64,000 nt of DNA from an uncultured Pseudomonadota bacterium (lineage in GTDB: Bacteria; Pseudomonadota; Gammaproteobacteria; Steroidobacterales; Steroidobacteraceae). Position 1 is the first letter of the stretch; each line of letters starts with the position of its first letter. Shown piece after piece: positions 39,588 through 49,025 of the stretch. The stretch spans positions 856 through 64,855 of the forward strand of contig CAVUQM010000018.1 in assembly GCA_963743625.1 (NCBI GenBank), written 5' to 3'. The notes under the pieces were generated by a model that searched no databases, was not told the origin of the DNA, and was given only the letters and a program-made list of their open reading frames with translations. Position numbers and translations under genes: made by a program.

Positions 39588-42533
39588 ATGTTCAATCGCG
39601 CTCAGTTCGCAGCCGTTGTCGCACTGGGAATGATCTGTTGCGCACAGGCCGCACCGCAGAACGTCACGACCTGGCGATACGACGTCTCGCGCAACGGACA
39701 AAACACCATGGAGACGGCGCTCACGCCCGCCAACGTCCGCAGCAACACTTTCGGCAAGCTGTTCTCGTACGCGGTTGATGGCTACGTCTATGCGCAACCC
39801 CTGTATCTCGCTGGGTTATCGGTTGCGGGCGTTTCGCATAACGTACTCTTCATCGCCACCGAGCATGACACCGTTTATGCCTTCGACGCCGACCTAAACC
39901 AGCAGCTGTGGAAGGCCAGCCTGTTGGACACCGCACATGGTGCACCAAGCGGCGCAACCACCGTACCGAGCGGCGACATCGCCAGCAGTGACATCGTGCC
40001 GGAAATCGGCATCACCGGCACGCCAGTCATCGATCCCTCCGGCGGCACCTTGTACGTGGTCTCCAAAACCAAGGAGTCGGGAGCCTACGTTGTCCGTCTC
40101 CATGCCCTGGATGTCACGACCGGAAATGAGAGGCCTGCAAGCCCGGTGGTGATCCACGCGCAGGTCCCTGGGAATGGTGCAGGAACTGCAGCCGGAAGTG
40201 TGGCCTTCCAGCCGCAGTGGGAGCTGCAGCGTACAGGCCTGCTGCTCATGGATGGCAACATATTCATCAGCTTTGGCGCGCACGGCGACAACGGGCCGTA
40301 TCACGGATGGCTGTTCTCCTACAACGCCACTACCCTGCAGCAGATCGCCGTGTTCAATTCCAGTCCCAACGGTCGCGGAAACGGCATCTGGGAGTCAGGC
40401 GAGGGGCTCGCGGCCGACGTGGTGAACGGTGTTCCGCGCCTGTTCATCGTCACCGGAAACTTCTTCAGCACCGGAAACGGACCGTCGTTTCCCAAACTGC
40501 CTTACACGGGCGCGCAGAACTACAGCAACGCGGTGATACGCTTCGATATCACCAACGGCGGGTTCGTGATCAGCGACCAGTGGACGCCGTTCGATTCGGA
40601 TCAGCTCAGCGCATCCGATCAGGATCAGACCTCGGGCGGTGTCCTGCTGCTGCCAGACCAGCCCGGTGCCAATGTTCACGAGATGGTGCAGGTGGGCAAG
40701 AACGGACGGATTGAAGTCATCGACCGGGACAACCTGGGAGGCTTCAATACCAGCTACAACGCCATACCGCAGGAGATCGGCGGACAGATATCCGGACTCT
40801 GGAGTACACCTGCCTACTGGAATAACAACGTCTACTTCTGGGGCAGTGGCGATTATCTGAAGCAGTACCCGCTCAGCGCTGGGCGCTTGGCGGCAACTCC
40901 CTCTGCCAAGGGTACGGTGCAGTCGTTGTTTCCGGGGTCGAGCCCCGTAGTTAGCAGCAACGGCTCGGCAAACGGAGTGCTATGGGCTATCCGCTCAGAC
41001 GGCTATACCTCCAGCACTTCGGCGATTCTTTACGCTTACGACGCGACCAACGTGGGAAACCTGCTTTATGCGAGTTCGCAGAACAGCGCTCGCGATGCCG
41101 CTGGCAAGGCGGTCAAGATGACCGTGCCGATGGTGGTCAACGGAAAGGTCTATGTGGGTGCGCAGGGTGAGGTTGACGTTTATGGCCTTCTCGCAGTCGC
41201 CCCGCCGACTGTGCCGACACCCACTCTGAGCCCGGTCCCGGGCGTCTACTCGAGTGCCCAGACCGTGACAATCAGCGATTCACTCAGCGGCGCTGCCATC
41301 CACTTCACCAGCGATGGAACGCCTCCGACAGTGAACTCGAGCCTCTATTCGGGGCCAATCATGGTGACGAGTTCGCGGACTATACAGGCGATTGCTGTGG
41401 CTGCCGGTCGTAACAACAGTGCAGTAGGCGGTGGCGCTTACACGATAGGTAGCGCGCCCACGATCAACTTCAGCAATGGATTCGCGTCTGTGGCGGGCCT
41501 GACGCTCAATGGCAGCACTGTCAACTCAGACGATAGTCGACTGCAGCTGACTACGGGTGGGGACAATCAGGCAGGCAGCGTCTTTTGGAAAACCCCCGTC
41601 AACGTGCAGAGCTTTGTGTCCGACTTTACTTTCCAGCTTTCGGGCAATTCACCCATTGCTGATGGAATTACTTTTACGGTCCAGAACAGTGCCCCGACAG
41701 CACTGGGCCCGTCCGGAGGGGGGCTGGGTTACGGGCCCGACCACCCGGCTGTGGGCGGCATACCGAATAGCGTGGCCGTGAAGTTCGACGTCTATAACAA
41801 CGCCGGCGAAGGCACCGATTCGACTGGCATTTACGTCAATGGCGCCTCGCCAACAACCCCATCGGTAACACTCGCCAACAGCGGCATTGTCCTGGCCTCC
41901 GGAGATGTCATCAGTGCACACGTTGCCTATGACGGGAAGTGGTTGTACCTCAGCCTACATGACCCGGTTGTCGGGCGGCTGTGGGCCACGCGCTTTGCGA
42001 TCAATTTGCCGCAAACAATCGGCAGCAACACGGCATATGTGGGCTTTACCGGAGGCACCGGTGGCCTGACCGCGAGCCAGAAGATACTGACCTGGACTTT
42101 TGTATCCCAGCCCAAGTTTACCTCGCTGCAATACGACAGCACGAAACTCGCAGCAAAGAGCTCCGGGCCTACGTTCCGCACGTTTACCTACTCAGGCTTC
42201 CCGGACGGGTCTGGGACTATTCTCGATGCAACCAAAGTCGGTGACAGCGTCACTTTCACCGTGAACGTGCCAACGGCCGCCACCTATGATCTGACGGTGA
42301 CGGGGAAAGACTACAACATCCGCGGAATCTGGCAGTTGAGCATCGATGGCACAAATGTCGGACCGACGGCTGATGAGTACAGTGCGACGGAGTCTCTGGG
42401 TACATTCGATGTGGGGCCTATCGTTATCCCAGCATCCGGTAACCACAGCTTCAAGTTCACCGTGACGGGGCGCAACGCAAGTTCGACGGATTACAAGATT
42501 TCCTTCGACATCCTGCGGCTGGATCAGCGCTGA
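39588..42533 (+). CDS. Secreted multidomain protein: PQQ-like beta-propeller, chitobiase/hexosaminidase C-terminal-like Ig domain, L-type lectin domain, CBM-like C-terminus
   Basis: Signal peptide MFNRAQFAAVVALGMICCAQA. DGYVYAQPLY..LFIATEHDTVYAFDA (propeller). PVPGVYSSAQTVTISDSLSGAAIHFTSDGTPPT (CHB_HEX_C-like). LQLTTGGDNQAGSVFW..DGITFTVQN..VAVKFDVYNN (legume-lectin-like). Tail ..GNHSFKFTVTGRN. The 2.9-kb ORF is intact. Confidence 0.75.
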   Translation: MFNRAQFAAVVALGMICCAQAAPQNVTTWRYDVSRNGQNTMETALTPANVRSNTFGKLFSYAVDGYVYAQPLYLAGLSVAGVSHNVLFIATEHDTVYAFDADLNQQLWKASLLDTAHGAPSGATTVPSGDIASSDIVPEIGITGTPVIDPSGGTLYVVSKTKESGAYVVRLHALDVTTGNERPASPVVIHAQVPGNGAGTAAGSVAFQPQWELQRTGLLLMDGNIFISFGAHGDNGPYHGWLFSYNATTLQQIAVFNSSPNGRGNGIWESGEGLAADVVNGVPRLFIVTGNFFSTGNGPSFPKLPYTGAQNYSNAVIRFDITNGGFVISDQWTPFDSDQLSASDQDQTSGGVLLLPDQPGANVHEMVQVGKNGRIEVIDRDNLGGFNTSYNAIPQEIGGQISGLWSTPAYWNNNVYFWGSGDYLKQYPLSAGRLAATPSAKGTVQSLFPGSSPVVSSNGSANGVLWAIRSDGYTSSTSAILYAYDATNVGNLLYASSQNSARDAAGKAVKMTVPMVVNGKVYVGAQGEVDVYGLLAVAPPTVPTPTLSPVPGVYSSAQTVTISDSLSGAAIHFTSDGTPPTVNSSLYSGPIMVTSSRTIQAIAVAAGRNNSAVGGGAYTIGSAPTINFSNGFASVAGLTLNGSTVNSDDSRLQLTTGGDNQAGSVFWKTPVNVQSFVSDFTFQLSGNSPIADGITFTVQNSAPTALGPSGGGLGYGPDHPAVGGIPNSVAVKFDVYNNAGEGTDSTGIYVNGASPTTPSVTLANSGIVLASGDVISAHVAYDGKWLYLSLHDPVVGRLWATRFAINLPQTIGSNTAYVGFTGGTGGLTASQKILTWTFVSQPKFTSLQYDSTKLAAKSSGPTFRTFTYSGFPDGSGTILDATKVGDSVTFTVNVPTAATYDLTVTGKDYNIRGIWQLSIDGTNVGPTADEYSATESLGTFDVGPIVIPASGNHSFKFTVTGRNASSTDYKISFDILRLDQR

Positions 42534-43339
42534 TGCATTGCATGCGGCTGGGCCTGCTGGTGCTTGTGACACTCGTATGGCCCAGCCAGTCCCTTTTGGC
42601 ACAGCAGCAGGGCTCCAAGATCCATATGCATGCGGCCGAGGGCTATGCGGCCGATGGGTTCCTGTTCGCACCGCAAGGTCAGGGGCCGTTTGCAGCCGTT
42701 CTTCTCATCCACGGCGCTGGTGGCCTGACTGACTACGTGCGCGCGGCGGCTGAGCGTCTGGCGGCGAGCGGAAAGGTTGTGGTGGCGATCGACCTTTACC
42801 GCGGACGTACCGCCAACACAGCCGAGCAGGCGCAACAACTGGCGCACGACCTCAGTGATGCGGATGCTATGCACGATCTCGGAGCCGCACTGACGTTTCT
42901 TCGATCGCTCCCAACCGTCCGCCCTCAGGCCATCGGCGTCGCTGGGTGGGGCGAGGGAAGCCGCTACGCTCTGCAGCTTGTGCACGATAAGGCACCTCCT
43001 CGCGCCGTAGCTATAACTGCGATTGACGCGCCGAACGTACAGCTCCCGCCACATTGCACAACCGCTTTCATGGGCAGCTTTGCGAGCGATGCATCGGCGC
43101 AAGCCCGCAGCCTCAAGGCGAAACTTGGGGCAACTATTCGGTTAGTGGACATAAAGACGTACCCGCAAGCCCACGGCAGGTTCTACGACCCTGCCGCAGG
43201 GACCTATCGAGCCGAAGACAGTGCCGATGTTCTCGACCGACTCGTCAGGTTTTTCGATGCGGCACTGGACACTCAGCATCAAGGCGCCGGAGCTTCGTCA
43301 AACACGCGGGGGTTGCCAGGCAGCGTAGCGGAGCGTTGA
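42533..43339 (+). CDS. Dienelactone hydrolase family protein, secreted
   Basis: ATG overlaps the upstream stop as TGATG. Signal peptide, then FAAVLLIHGAGGLTDYVRAAAERLAASGKVVVAIDLYRG. Confidence 0.8.
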   Translation: MHCMRLGLLVLVTLVWPSQSLLAQQQGSKIHMHAAEGYAADGFLFAPQGQGPFAAVLLIHGAGGLTDYVRAAAERLAASGKVVVAIDLYRGRTANTAEQAQQLAHDLSDADAMHDLGAALTFLRSLPTVRPQAIGVAGWGEGSRYALQLVHDKAPPRAVAITAIDAPNVQLPPHCTTAFMGSFASDASAQARSLKAKLGATIRLVDIKTYPQAHGRFYDPAAGTYRAEDSADVLDRLVRFFDAALDTQHQGAGASSNTRGLPGSVAER

Positions 43340-43364
43340 TCGGGTCCTGTCAGGCACCGGTATC

Positions 43365-43386
43365 CCAACGGATTGCAATCCGTTGG
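43365..43386. repeat. REP-like element, perfect 22-nt palindrome CCAACGGATTGCAATCCGTTGG
   Basis: Every position pairs with its mirror (checked base by base). Starts 26 nt after the stop at 43339, between convergent genes. Confidence 0.8.
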
Positions 43387-43477
43387 CGGCAAACGTAAAT
43401 CGTTGACACTTCAGCAGCCCGGGGGAAGCTGGCTTCTACTGAGGGCAAATGCCGTCCAACGTATTAAGGTCCGACTC

Positions 43478-45140
43478 CTACAAAGCCGCCGCCGTCGAAT
43501 ACTGGCGTTCAGCACTATCGACATGCGCCCGGGACGCGAGCTCCGAGCCACTCGCCAGCGCGTTCCACGCTGCCAGGACCTCGTTGCCGCAGTTGTACCC
43601 CGGCAGGAAGGTGACGCCGGGCCCCGGATGGCAAGAGGCTCCGCACAGGAAAAGGCGATTGACGGGTGTTGCATGCCCGGTCCCCTCGACGAGCGTGCGG
43701 TTGCCCAGCATTTGCTCGGGATGGATGACGCCGTGGGTGAAGTCACCGTTGGTCGCCCAATGCATGGCAGCGAAATGGTCCGATGCAAACACCGCCTTTG
43801 CGACGATTGCGGTGCGGAAGCCCGGGAAGTACTCGTCCATCTGCGCGACCACCATCTCGGCGATCTGGTCGCGGATTTCTGCCCCGCTTCTCCTTCGGCG
43901 CGTCACACGGGTAAAAGAAGCCATAGGCAGTAGCGATGTGGAAGCCCTTGGGCGCCAGCGTATCGTCCATGATCGTCGGGAACTGATAGGCGATCGGAAT
44001 GCGTGGCGGCACGCGGCCCGCCTTGCACAAGTCGAAACACTTCTGCATCTCTTCCGGCTCGAACACCATGGCACCGCCGAAATGGGCGTAAGGCACGCGG
44101 TTTAGCTGCGCGAAGCGGGGCGCAAATGGCGGCAATGTGTTCAGTTTGAAGCAGATATGAACAAAGGCCCCTTTATGCACGATCGCATCGATTTTCTCCC
44201 GCGTCTCTGGCGGCAGGGTATAGCCGGCGAGCAGCCGGTCGAAAGTGGCAACCTTGTCGAGGTTTGACACGATCATCCGGGCGCCGATTACGGAGCCATT
44301 CTTGAGCTCGACGCCGACCGCAGTGCCGTTCTCGACGAGAATGCGCGCGACCGATTGTTTCAAGCGGACTTCGCCACCGTTCTGCTCAATCTGACGGGCA
44401 AGTGCCTCCGACATCTTTCCAATCCCACCTTTGACGCGCTTCATGAGCCCCTCGGAGCCCTCTTGCGCCATGGTGAATACGAGACACATGGCCGAGCCCG
44501 GCGTGTAAGGACCCTTGTAGGTCGACTGGATCGCGGCAAAGGCAAGATTGGCGCGCAGTTCCATGTGCTTCTGCTTGTCGGGGAAGAAGCGGTCCATCAC
44601 GTCCATGGCGGAACCCGTGAAAGCCAAGCGCAGCTGATCGCGGCGCGCTTCATCGGGCGCGTTCGTCAGGAGGTCCTCGAGGCTGTGCGGCGGCTGGCGC
44701 GCGGTGAAGCGGTTCATCACCCTCGCGGGATACTGGAAAAACTTCATCATGCGCACGAAGCCCAGGAGCGCGCCCGGTCCAAAATCGCGCAGGATCGACC
44801 AGAGCTGCTTTCTGGTGTTCGTCTGGAACATGAGCGGCTTTGCGTTCATGCCGGTTAGATTGGTGGCGAACACGGGCAGCGAAATGTATTCAACTCCCAT
44901 GCCTTCGAAGTCGTAGAAGTCGATGACCTCCTTCGCCAGGGGGAAGAGGCACGTGGCGCCGACATCGTTCTGGCAGCCGGTCAGGATCTCCCGCGACCCC
45001 GCCATGCCGCCGACATAATCGTTCTTTTCCAGCACCAGCACGCGCACCCGACTGCGGGCGAGGAATGCGGCGGCAGCGAGCCCATTATGCCCAGCGCCGA
45101 TGATGATGGCATCGACATTCTCGGATGCAGGTTGCAGCAT
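43478..45140 (-). CDS. NAD(P)/FAD-dependent oxidoreductase (phytoene desaturase CrtI-like family), one apparent frameshift
   Basis: VDAIIIGAGHNGLAAAAFLARSRVRVLVLEKNDYVGGMAG (FAD fold). ORFs 43743..45179 and 43478..44074 join as ..DAPKEKRG-AEIRDQIAEMVV.. if the C4 run at 43882-43885 is really C5. ATG 45140 is preferred over GTG 45179. Confidence 0.75.
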
Positions 45141-45354
45141 TCTGACGTTTCCTAAGAGTCCGCCTAGACTAATGTTCACGCCTTGGAATTTCTAAGCCCA
45201 GTACGTGTCCGTCATGGCAAATCATACGGTATAGCGGAGGCACGCTGGAAAGCGCTGGTGACGTCTGCGACCCGGGAGAGCCGGGTTTATTCCGGATGGC
45301 TCTAAACTTAGGCAGAACGCACTCCAACTTCGACTAAACCAGTCAAGTTCAATT

Positions 45355-46815
45355 CTATTGAGGTGGCGGCAGATAGTCCTCGATTGCGAATGGATATGCA
45401 TTATCTATCCCGGCCCCTCCGCCGTCGGGCGTGCTCCAAAAGGTCACCGAGTGCAGTCGTGTGTGAGCGCTCGCCTCCGCGGCGAACGCCTGCCCGAACG
45501 AGCGGCGCTGCACGGCATCTGGAAAGTAAAAGGTTTCCGCCACTCCGTATGAGGAACCGACGCCCAGCAACGGGAGTACCGCATCGGCATCGTCGAGTCC
45601 GCGCTCGATCAACTCTGCGTACGTTACTCCGGGGTTGAGCGGCAGATCGCTTGGAACGTACATTGAGAAATCGATACGGGCAGGCAGAGGCAGTGAGTTG
45701 TCTTGCATGAAATGCAGCGTTCGATAGAGCCAATACATTGATCGGTGGCCATTCAACTCAGGATACGTCACGTCGACGTATCCGGGGCTGAAGTAGTCCG
45801 CCTGCGTGTCGCTGATATTGAAATAGACCGAGGACGTGAACCCGGCCTGCCCCACCACCTGCACAAACCGCGGATAATGCGTCGTCATGAACCATCCTTC
45901 GTTCGTCTTCGGCTGAACCTCCCCCGGCGCTGCGATCATGATCTCTCCGTCAATGTAGACGATATCAACGACAGCGACCCCGTCCGGCCGGCTGACCCCG
46001 TGGACAGCAGCGAGCACCGCGTCCGTGGTCGCTTCCACGCGCGTGGTGTAGGTTGCGGCGGAAACCGGCGTATCTCCGAGACCGGCCGCCGGAGACCCCA
46101 CGGTGTAATCTGCTGCGCCTAACCAAAGTAGGCAAAGATCCAACCGCAGGCGATTTCCGCCAGAGCCGACGATGGCAGCGACGTCGGTTGCGTAGGAGCG
46201 CAAGTTCGCCTGCTCCCGGCTCGTCATCGGGAATGTCAGTGCCCACGCGCCCTGGGTATTCGGCGTTCCGGGTTCGAGTACCAGCCACAATCTCGTCGAA
46301 ATCAGCGTTGCCCCGCGGTCGGCCATGCCTTGCAGCTGCGTCTGGACTGTCTGGCGCACGGACGGGGTGTCGTACTGGCTGATAAATGCAGTATTGATGA
46401 AGTCCGTACCAGTTGCGTGATAGTCGACACCGACGTCATAGCCAGCGACATGACCTTCAGGAATGACAATCGGGACCGCAACCGTTGCGAACGTCTTACC
46501 GTCGGCATCCGCAGTGGCCTTCACCGCCTCGGTGCCCGGAAGGGCCGGGGCTGTGTACAGTCCGGCCGCAGTGATTGTCCCGTCGCCATCTGCAACCGAC
46601 CACGTGACCATCTTGTCCGACGTGCCGCTTACGGACGCGGTGAACTGCCGCGTGGCGCCGGTGTCTAGTACACCTGATGGGCCGCTGATGACTACTTCGA
46701 TGGATGGGGGAGGAGACGTATTGCTCGCGCTGTTTCCACCGCCGCCGCTACAACTTGCATTGAGGACGGCGAGTGCAGTCCAAATGAGAAATCGGGTGGA
46801 CCGAAACGCCTGCAT
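45355..46815 (-). CDS. Lipoprotein with Big_2-like Ig domain and a possible glycoside-hydrolase-like barrel; function unknown
   Basis: Lipobox LNASCSGGGG. VISGPSGVLDTGATRQFTASVSGTSDKMVTWSV..ITAAGLYTA (bacterial Ig group 2 pattern). Intact 486-aa ORF. Confidence 0.55.
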   Translation of the reverse strand: MQAFRSTRFLIWTALAVLNASCSGGGGNSASNTSPPPSIEVVISGPSGVLDTGATRQFTASVSGTSDKMVTWSVADGDGTITAAGLYTAPALPGTEAVKATADADGKTFATVAVPIVIPEGHVAGYDVGVDYHATGTDFINTAFISQYDTPSVRQTVQTQLQGMADRGATLISTRLWLVLEPGTPNTQGAWALTFPMTSREQANLRSYATDVAAIVGSGGNRLRLDLCLLWLGAADYTVGSPAAGLGDTPVSAATYTTRVEATTDAVLAAVHGVSRPDGVAVVDIVYIDGEIMIAAPGEVQPKTNEGWFMTTHYPRFVQVVGQAGFTSSVYFNISDTQADYFSPGYVDVTYPELNGHRSMYWLYRTLHFMQDNSLPLPARIDFSMYVPSDLPLNPGVTYAELIERGLDDADAVLPLLGVGSSYGVAETFYFPDAVQRRSFGQAFAAEASAHTRLHSVTFWSTPDGGGAGIDNAYPFAIEDYLPPPQ

Positions 46816-47040
46816 CAGAATGTTACCCTTGGGGAAACAAAACTGAGCGCATTCTGCGCCGCCGCGTCAGGGGATGGCGCAAGGAAGCTCACGGATCCCT
46901 CCCCATATGCCCGTTGCAGACCGTCGTTCTCAGCAACTCGACCGAGCGAACTTAGCGCTGATAATGCACCGCAAAGCGGCCGATCGCGAATGTCGTCCCA
47001 GCTGGTACCTCATAACTCGTCGGAGGACTCTATGCTGCCG

Positions 47041-47060
47041 CCGGTGGAGCAATCCGATGG
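47041..47060 (+). repeat. REP-like element, degenerate copy (CCGGTGGA-gcaa-TCCGATGG)
   Basis: The GCAATCCGATGG right arm differs by one base from consensus. The arms pair at 5 of 8 positions. Confidence 0.4.
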
Positions 47061-47161
47061 TTTCGTACACAAGCCGCTGATATCCAAAGCTGGCTACCGG
47101 CGTTCCGGACAACGCGCTGACGATCACAACCGAGGGTGTCAACGGGATGGATAGGTCGGAG

Positions 47162-48116
47162 CTATTCCGCCGGCGGCGCGAAAGGCTGCTGCTCGCGTGC
47201 CGGCTCAGGGAAGATCACGAAGTCGCGGTGGCTCTCCTGCACCAGATCGTCGCCCATCGCATGAAGTGCGGCCTGCAGCTCGGGCAGGTTTGTGTAGGAA
47301 ATCTCGAGTACGTGCTCATGGGGGTGTGTTGGCGCCTCGTCGGGGATCAGGTCTCCGGGCTTGGTGGTCATCTCTATGTGCGCACCGAGGATCCAGGACA
47401 CGTGCTTGTCCCTGGTAAAGGCCGCGACACGGTCGATGCTGTCGCGATAGGTCTTCGCCTCGTTCATCGGTATGTATAGACGGTAGGGACCCAACGAGTC
47501 GCCCGAGAACAGGAGCCGCGTCTTGCGGTCAAATATCATGACGTGCGCGGATTTGGTGGCCGGGCGTCGGAATGATGTCGAGGACGCGGCCGCCAAGGTC
47601 GTAGGAGACGATCTGGTTCGGCCAGTCGGCTATCTTGAAGAAGTCGGCCACTTCTTTGGGATACGGGCCGATGACCGTGGTGTGCGGTCGGCTCTGCAAT
47701 TCGGTGTCACCCTGGTGGTGATCTCCGTGGCTATGGGAATGCGCGACGATCAAGGGGATAAAGTCGCGATGATGTCGGGCCGCCCACTCGTCGACAACCC
47801 GGTCGATCGTCGGGCGAACGTTCAATCCACCGGCTCCGGTGTCTATCAACAGTGCGCGATTGCTACCGAACAGCACGTAAAGAAACGGTCCCTCGAAGTT
47901 AGTGCGGATCGACTGGCGGATGACATAGGTGTTGTCATCGTAGCGCTGCACCTGCATCTGCGGCTCATCCCTCGAGACGCCGCTGATCCAGGGTTTGAAT
48001 AGTGGCGAGTGGGTTTCGGAGCCTGTGGCATTGGCCACAGAGGTCGCTGCTATCGGGCTCGTCAGAATCAGCGCGATGAGCACGCGGGGCAGGACGCATC
48101 GCATTACGATGTCCAT
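47162..48116 (-). CDS. MBL-fold metallo-hydrolase, secreted (one apparent frameshift)
   Basis: ATG 48116 gives a signal peptide. LLIDTGAGG.., LIVAHSHSHGDHHQGD (HxHxDH). ORFs 47529..48245 and 47162..47596 join around ..IIPTPGH / TKSAHVMIFDRKTRLLFSGD. Confidence 0.75.
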
Positions 48117-48159
48117 CTCGACCTCTGAACTTCTGACAAACGCACGAGTGAAACTTGGG

Positions 48160-48552
48160 TCATGCAGGTCCTGTATCAGGGCGCGGCCGTACGTTTGTCT
48201 GCAACCACGGCACCAAACGCTCCATGTCGAAACTTCGCGCCGCAAATAGCCGAATCATGAATTCGTAGATCGACTCAGAGTTTGCGGCGATTGAATAGCC
48301 GTTGATCCGCAAGAACACATCGACTACTGCGAAGGCCACTCGCTTGTTGCCATCCACAAAAGGATGGTTTTGAACGAGGCTTTCCAGGAGCGCGGCGGCC
48401 TCGTGGACGAGGCTGTCGTAGTAGCCCGTTTGAGGGCGGTGAAGGGCTGATTCCAGCGCACCGGCGTCGCGGATGCCGGGAGCCCCGCCGTAGCGCTCGA
48501 TCAGCAGCTTGTGAAAAAAGAGCGCATCGGCGGTCGTGACGTACTCCGTCAT
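48160..48552 (-). CDS. doc: Doc (death-on-curing) Fic-family toxin
   Basis: GIRDAGALESALHRPQ..LVQNHPFVDGNKRVAFAVVDVFLRINGY contains the Doc/Fic motif HxFxDGNKR. It overlaps the antitoxin stop by 4 nt. Confidence 0.9.
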   Translation of the reverse strand: MTEYVTTADALFFHKLLIERYGGAPGIRDAGALESALHRPQTGYYDSLVHEAAALLESLVQNHPFVDGNKRVAFAVVDVFLRINGYSIAANSESIYEFMIRLFAARSFDMERLVPWLQTNVRPRPDTGPA

Positions 48553-48773
48553 TTAGCGAGCGAGCGATACAGTTGATCGCGCTCTTCGAGGCTCTGCTGA
48601 AATGCCTCGATGACATTTCGTCGGGGAGCCTGCTGGCGCTTCTGGGCGAGATACTCACGCATGGCTTCCCCGAGCACCGCCTGAAATTGACGTCCCTCGC
48701 GAGTCGCAATCTCCTGCAACCCTTCAAGCACTTCAGGATCTGCCTGAGACGAGAACTTGCGCAAAGTACTCAT
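48549..48773 (-). CDS. Antitoxin partner of Doc (RHH/Phd-like)
   Basis: 74-aa ORF directly upstream of and overlapping doc. ..LEGLQEIATREGRQFQAVLGEAMREYL.. resembles ribbon-helix-helix antitoxins. Confidence 0.7.
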   Translation of the reverse strand: MSTLRKFSSQADPEVLEGLQEIATREGRQFQAVLGEAMREYLAQKRQQAPRRNVIEAFQQSLEERDQLYRSLAK

Positions 48774-48782
48774 GGGTACTCC

Positions 48783-48810
48783 ATCATGATATATCTTGAT
48801 GCATCATGAT
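48783..48810. promoter_or_regulatory. Two ATCATGAT palindromes upstream of the Phd-Doc operon (candidate operator)
   Basis: ATCATGAT at 48783-48790 and 48803-48810, with a 20-bp centre-to-centre spacing. The first starts 10 nt upstream of the antitoxin start. Confidence 0.5.
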
Positions 48811-49025
48811 ATCTCAAGGCAGTGCGAAATCAAGGATCTAGGCCAGGTCCAATGAATACCTTTATAAACAAAGGGATGTTGCTCAAATTGATGGCCCGAA
48901 AAGGCTTTGCAGCAACGGTTAGGAAGCCGTCGCTTTGCAATACTGACGTTTAAGAAGAACGATTACGTCGGCGGCATGACGGTGCCTAGCCGATCCAGCG
49001 CCGCAACACTATCGGATTGTGATTC

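Noticed and set aside
1279-47060. CRISPR array interpretation of the repeated GCAATCCGTTGG palindromes
   Set aside because: The copies are kilobases apart and separated by ordinary genes. They are not regularly spaced, and no cas genes are present.
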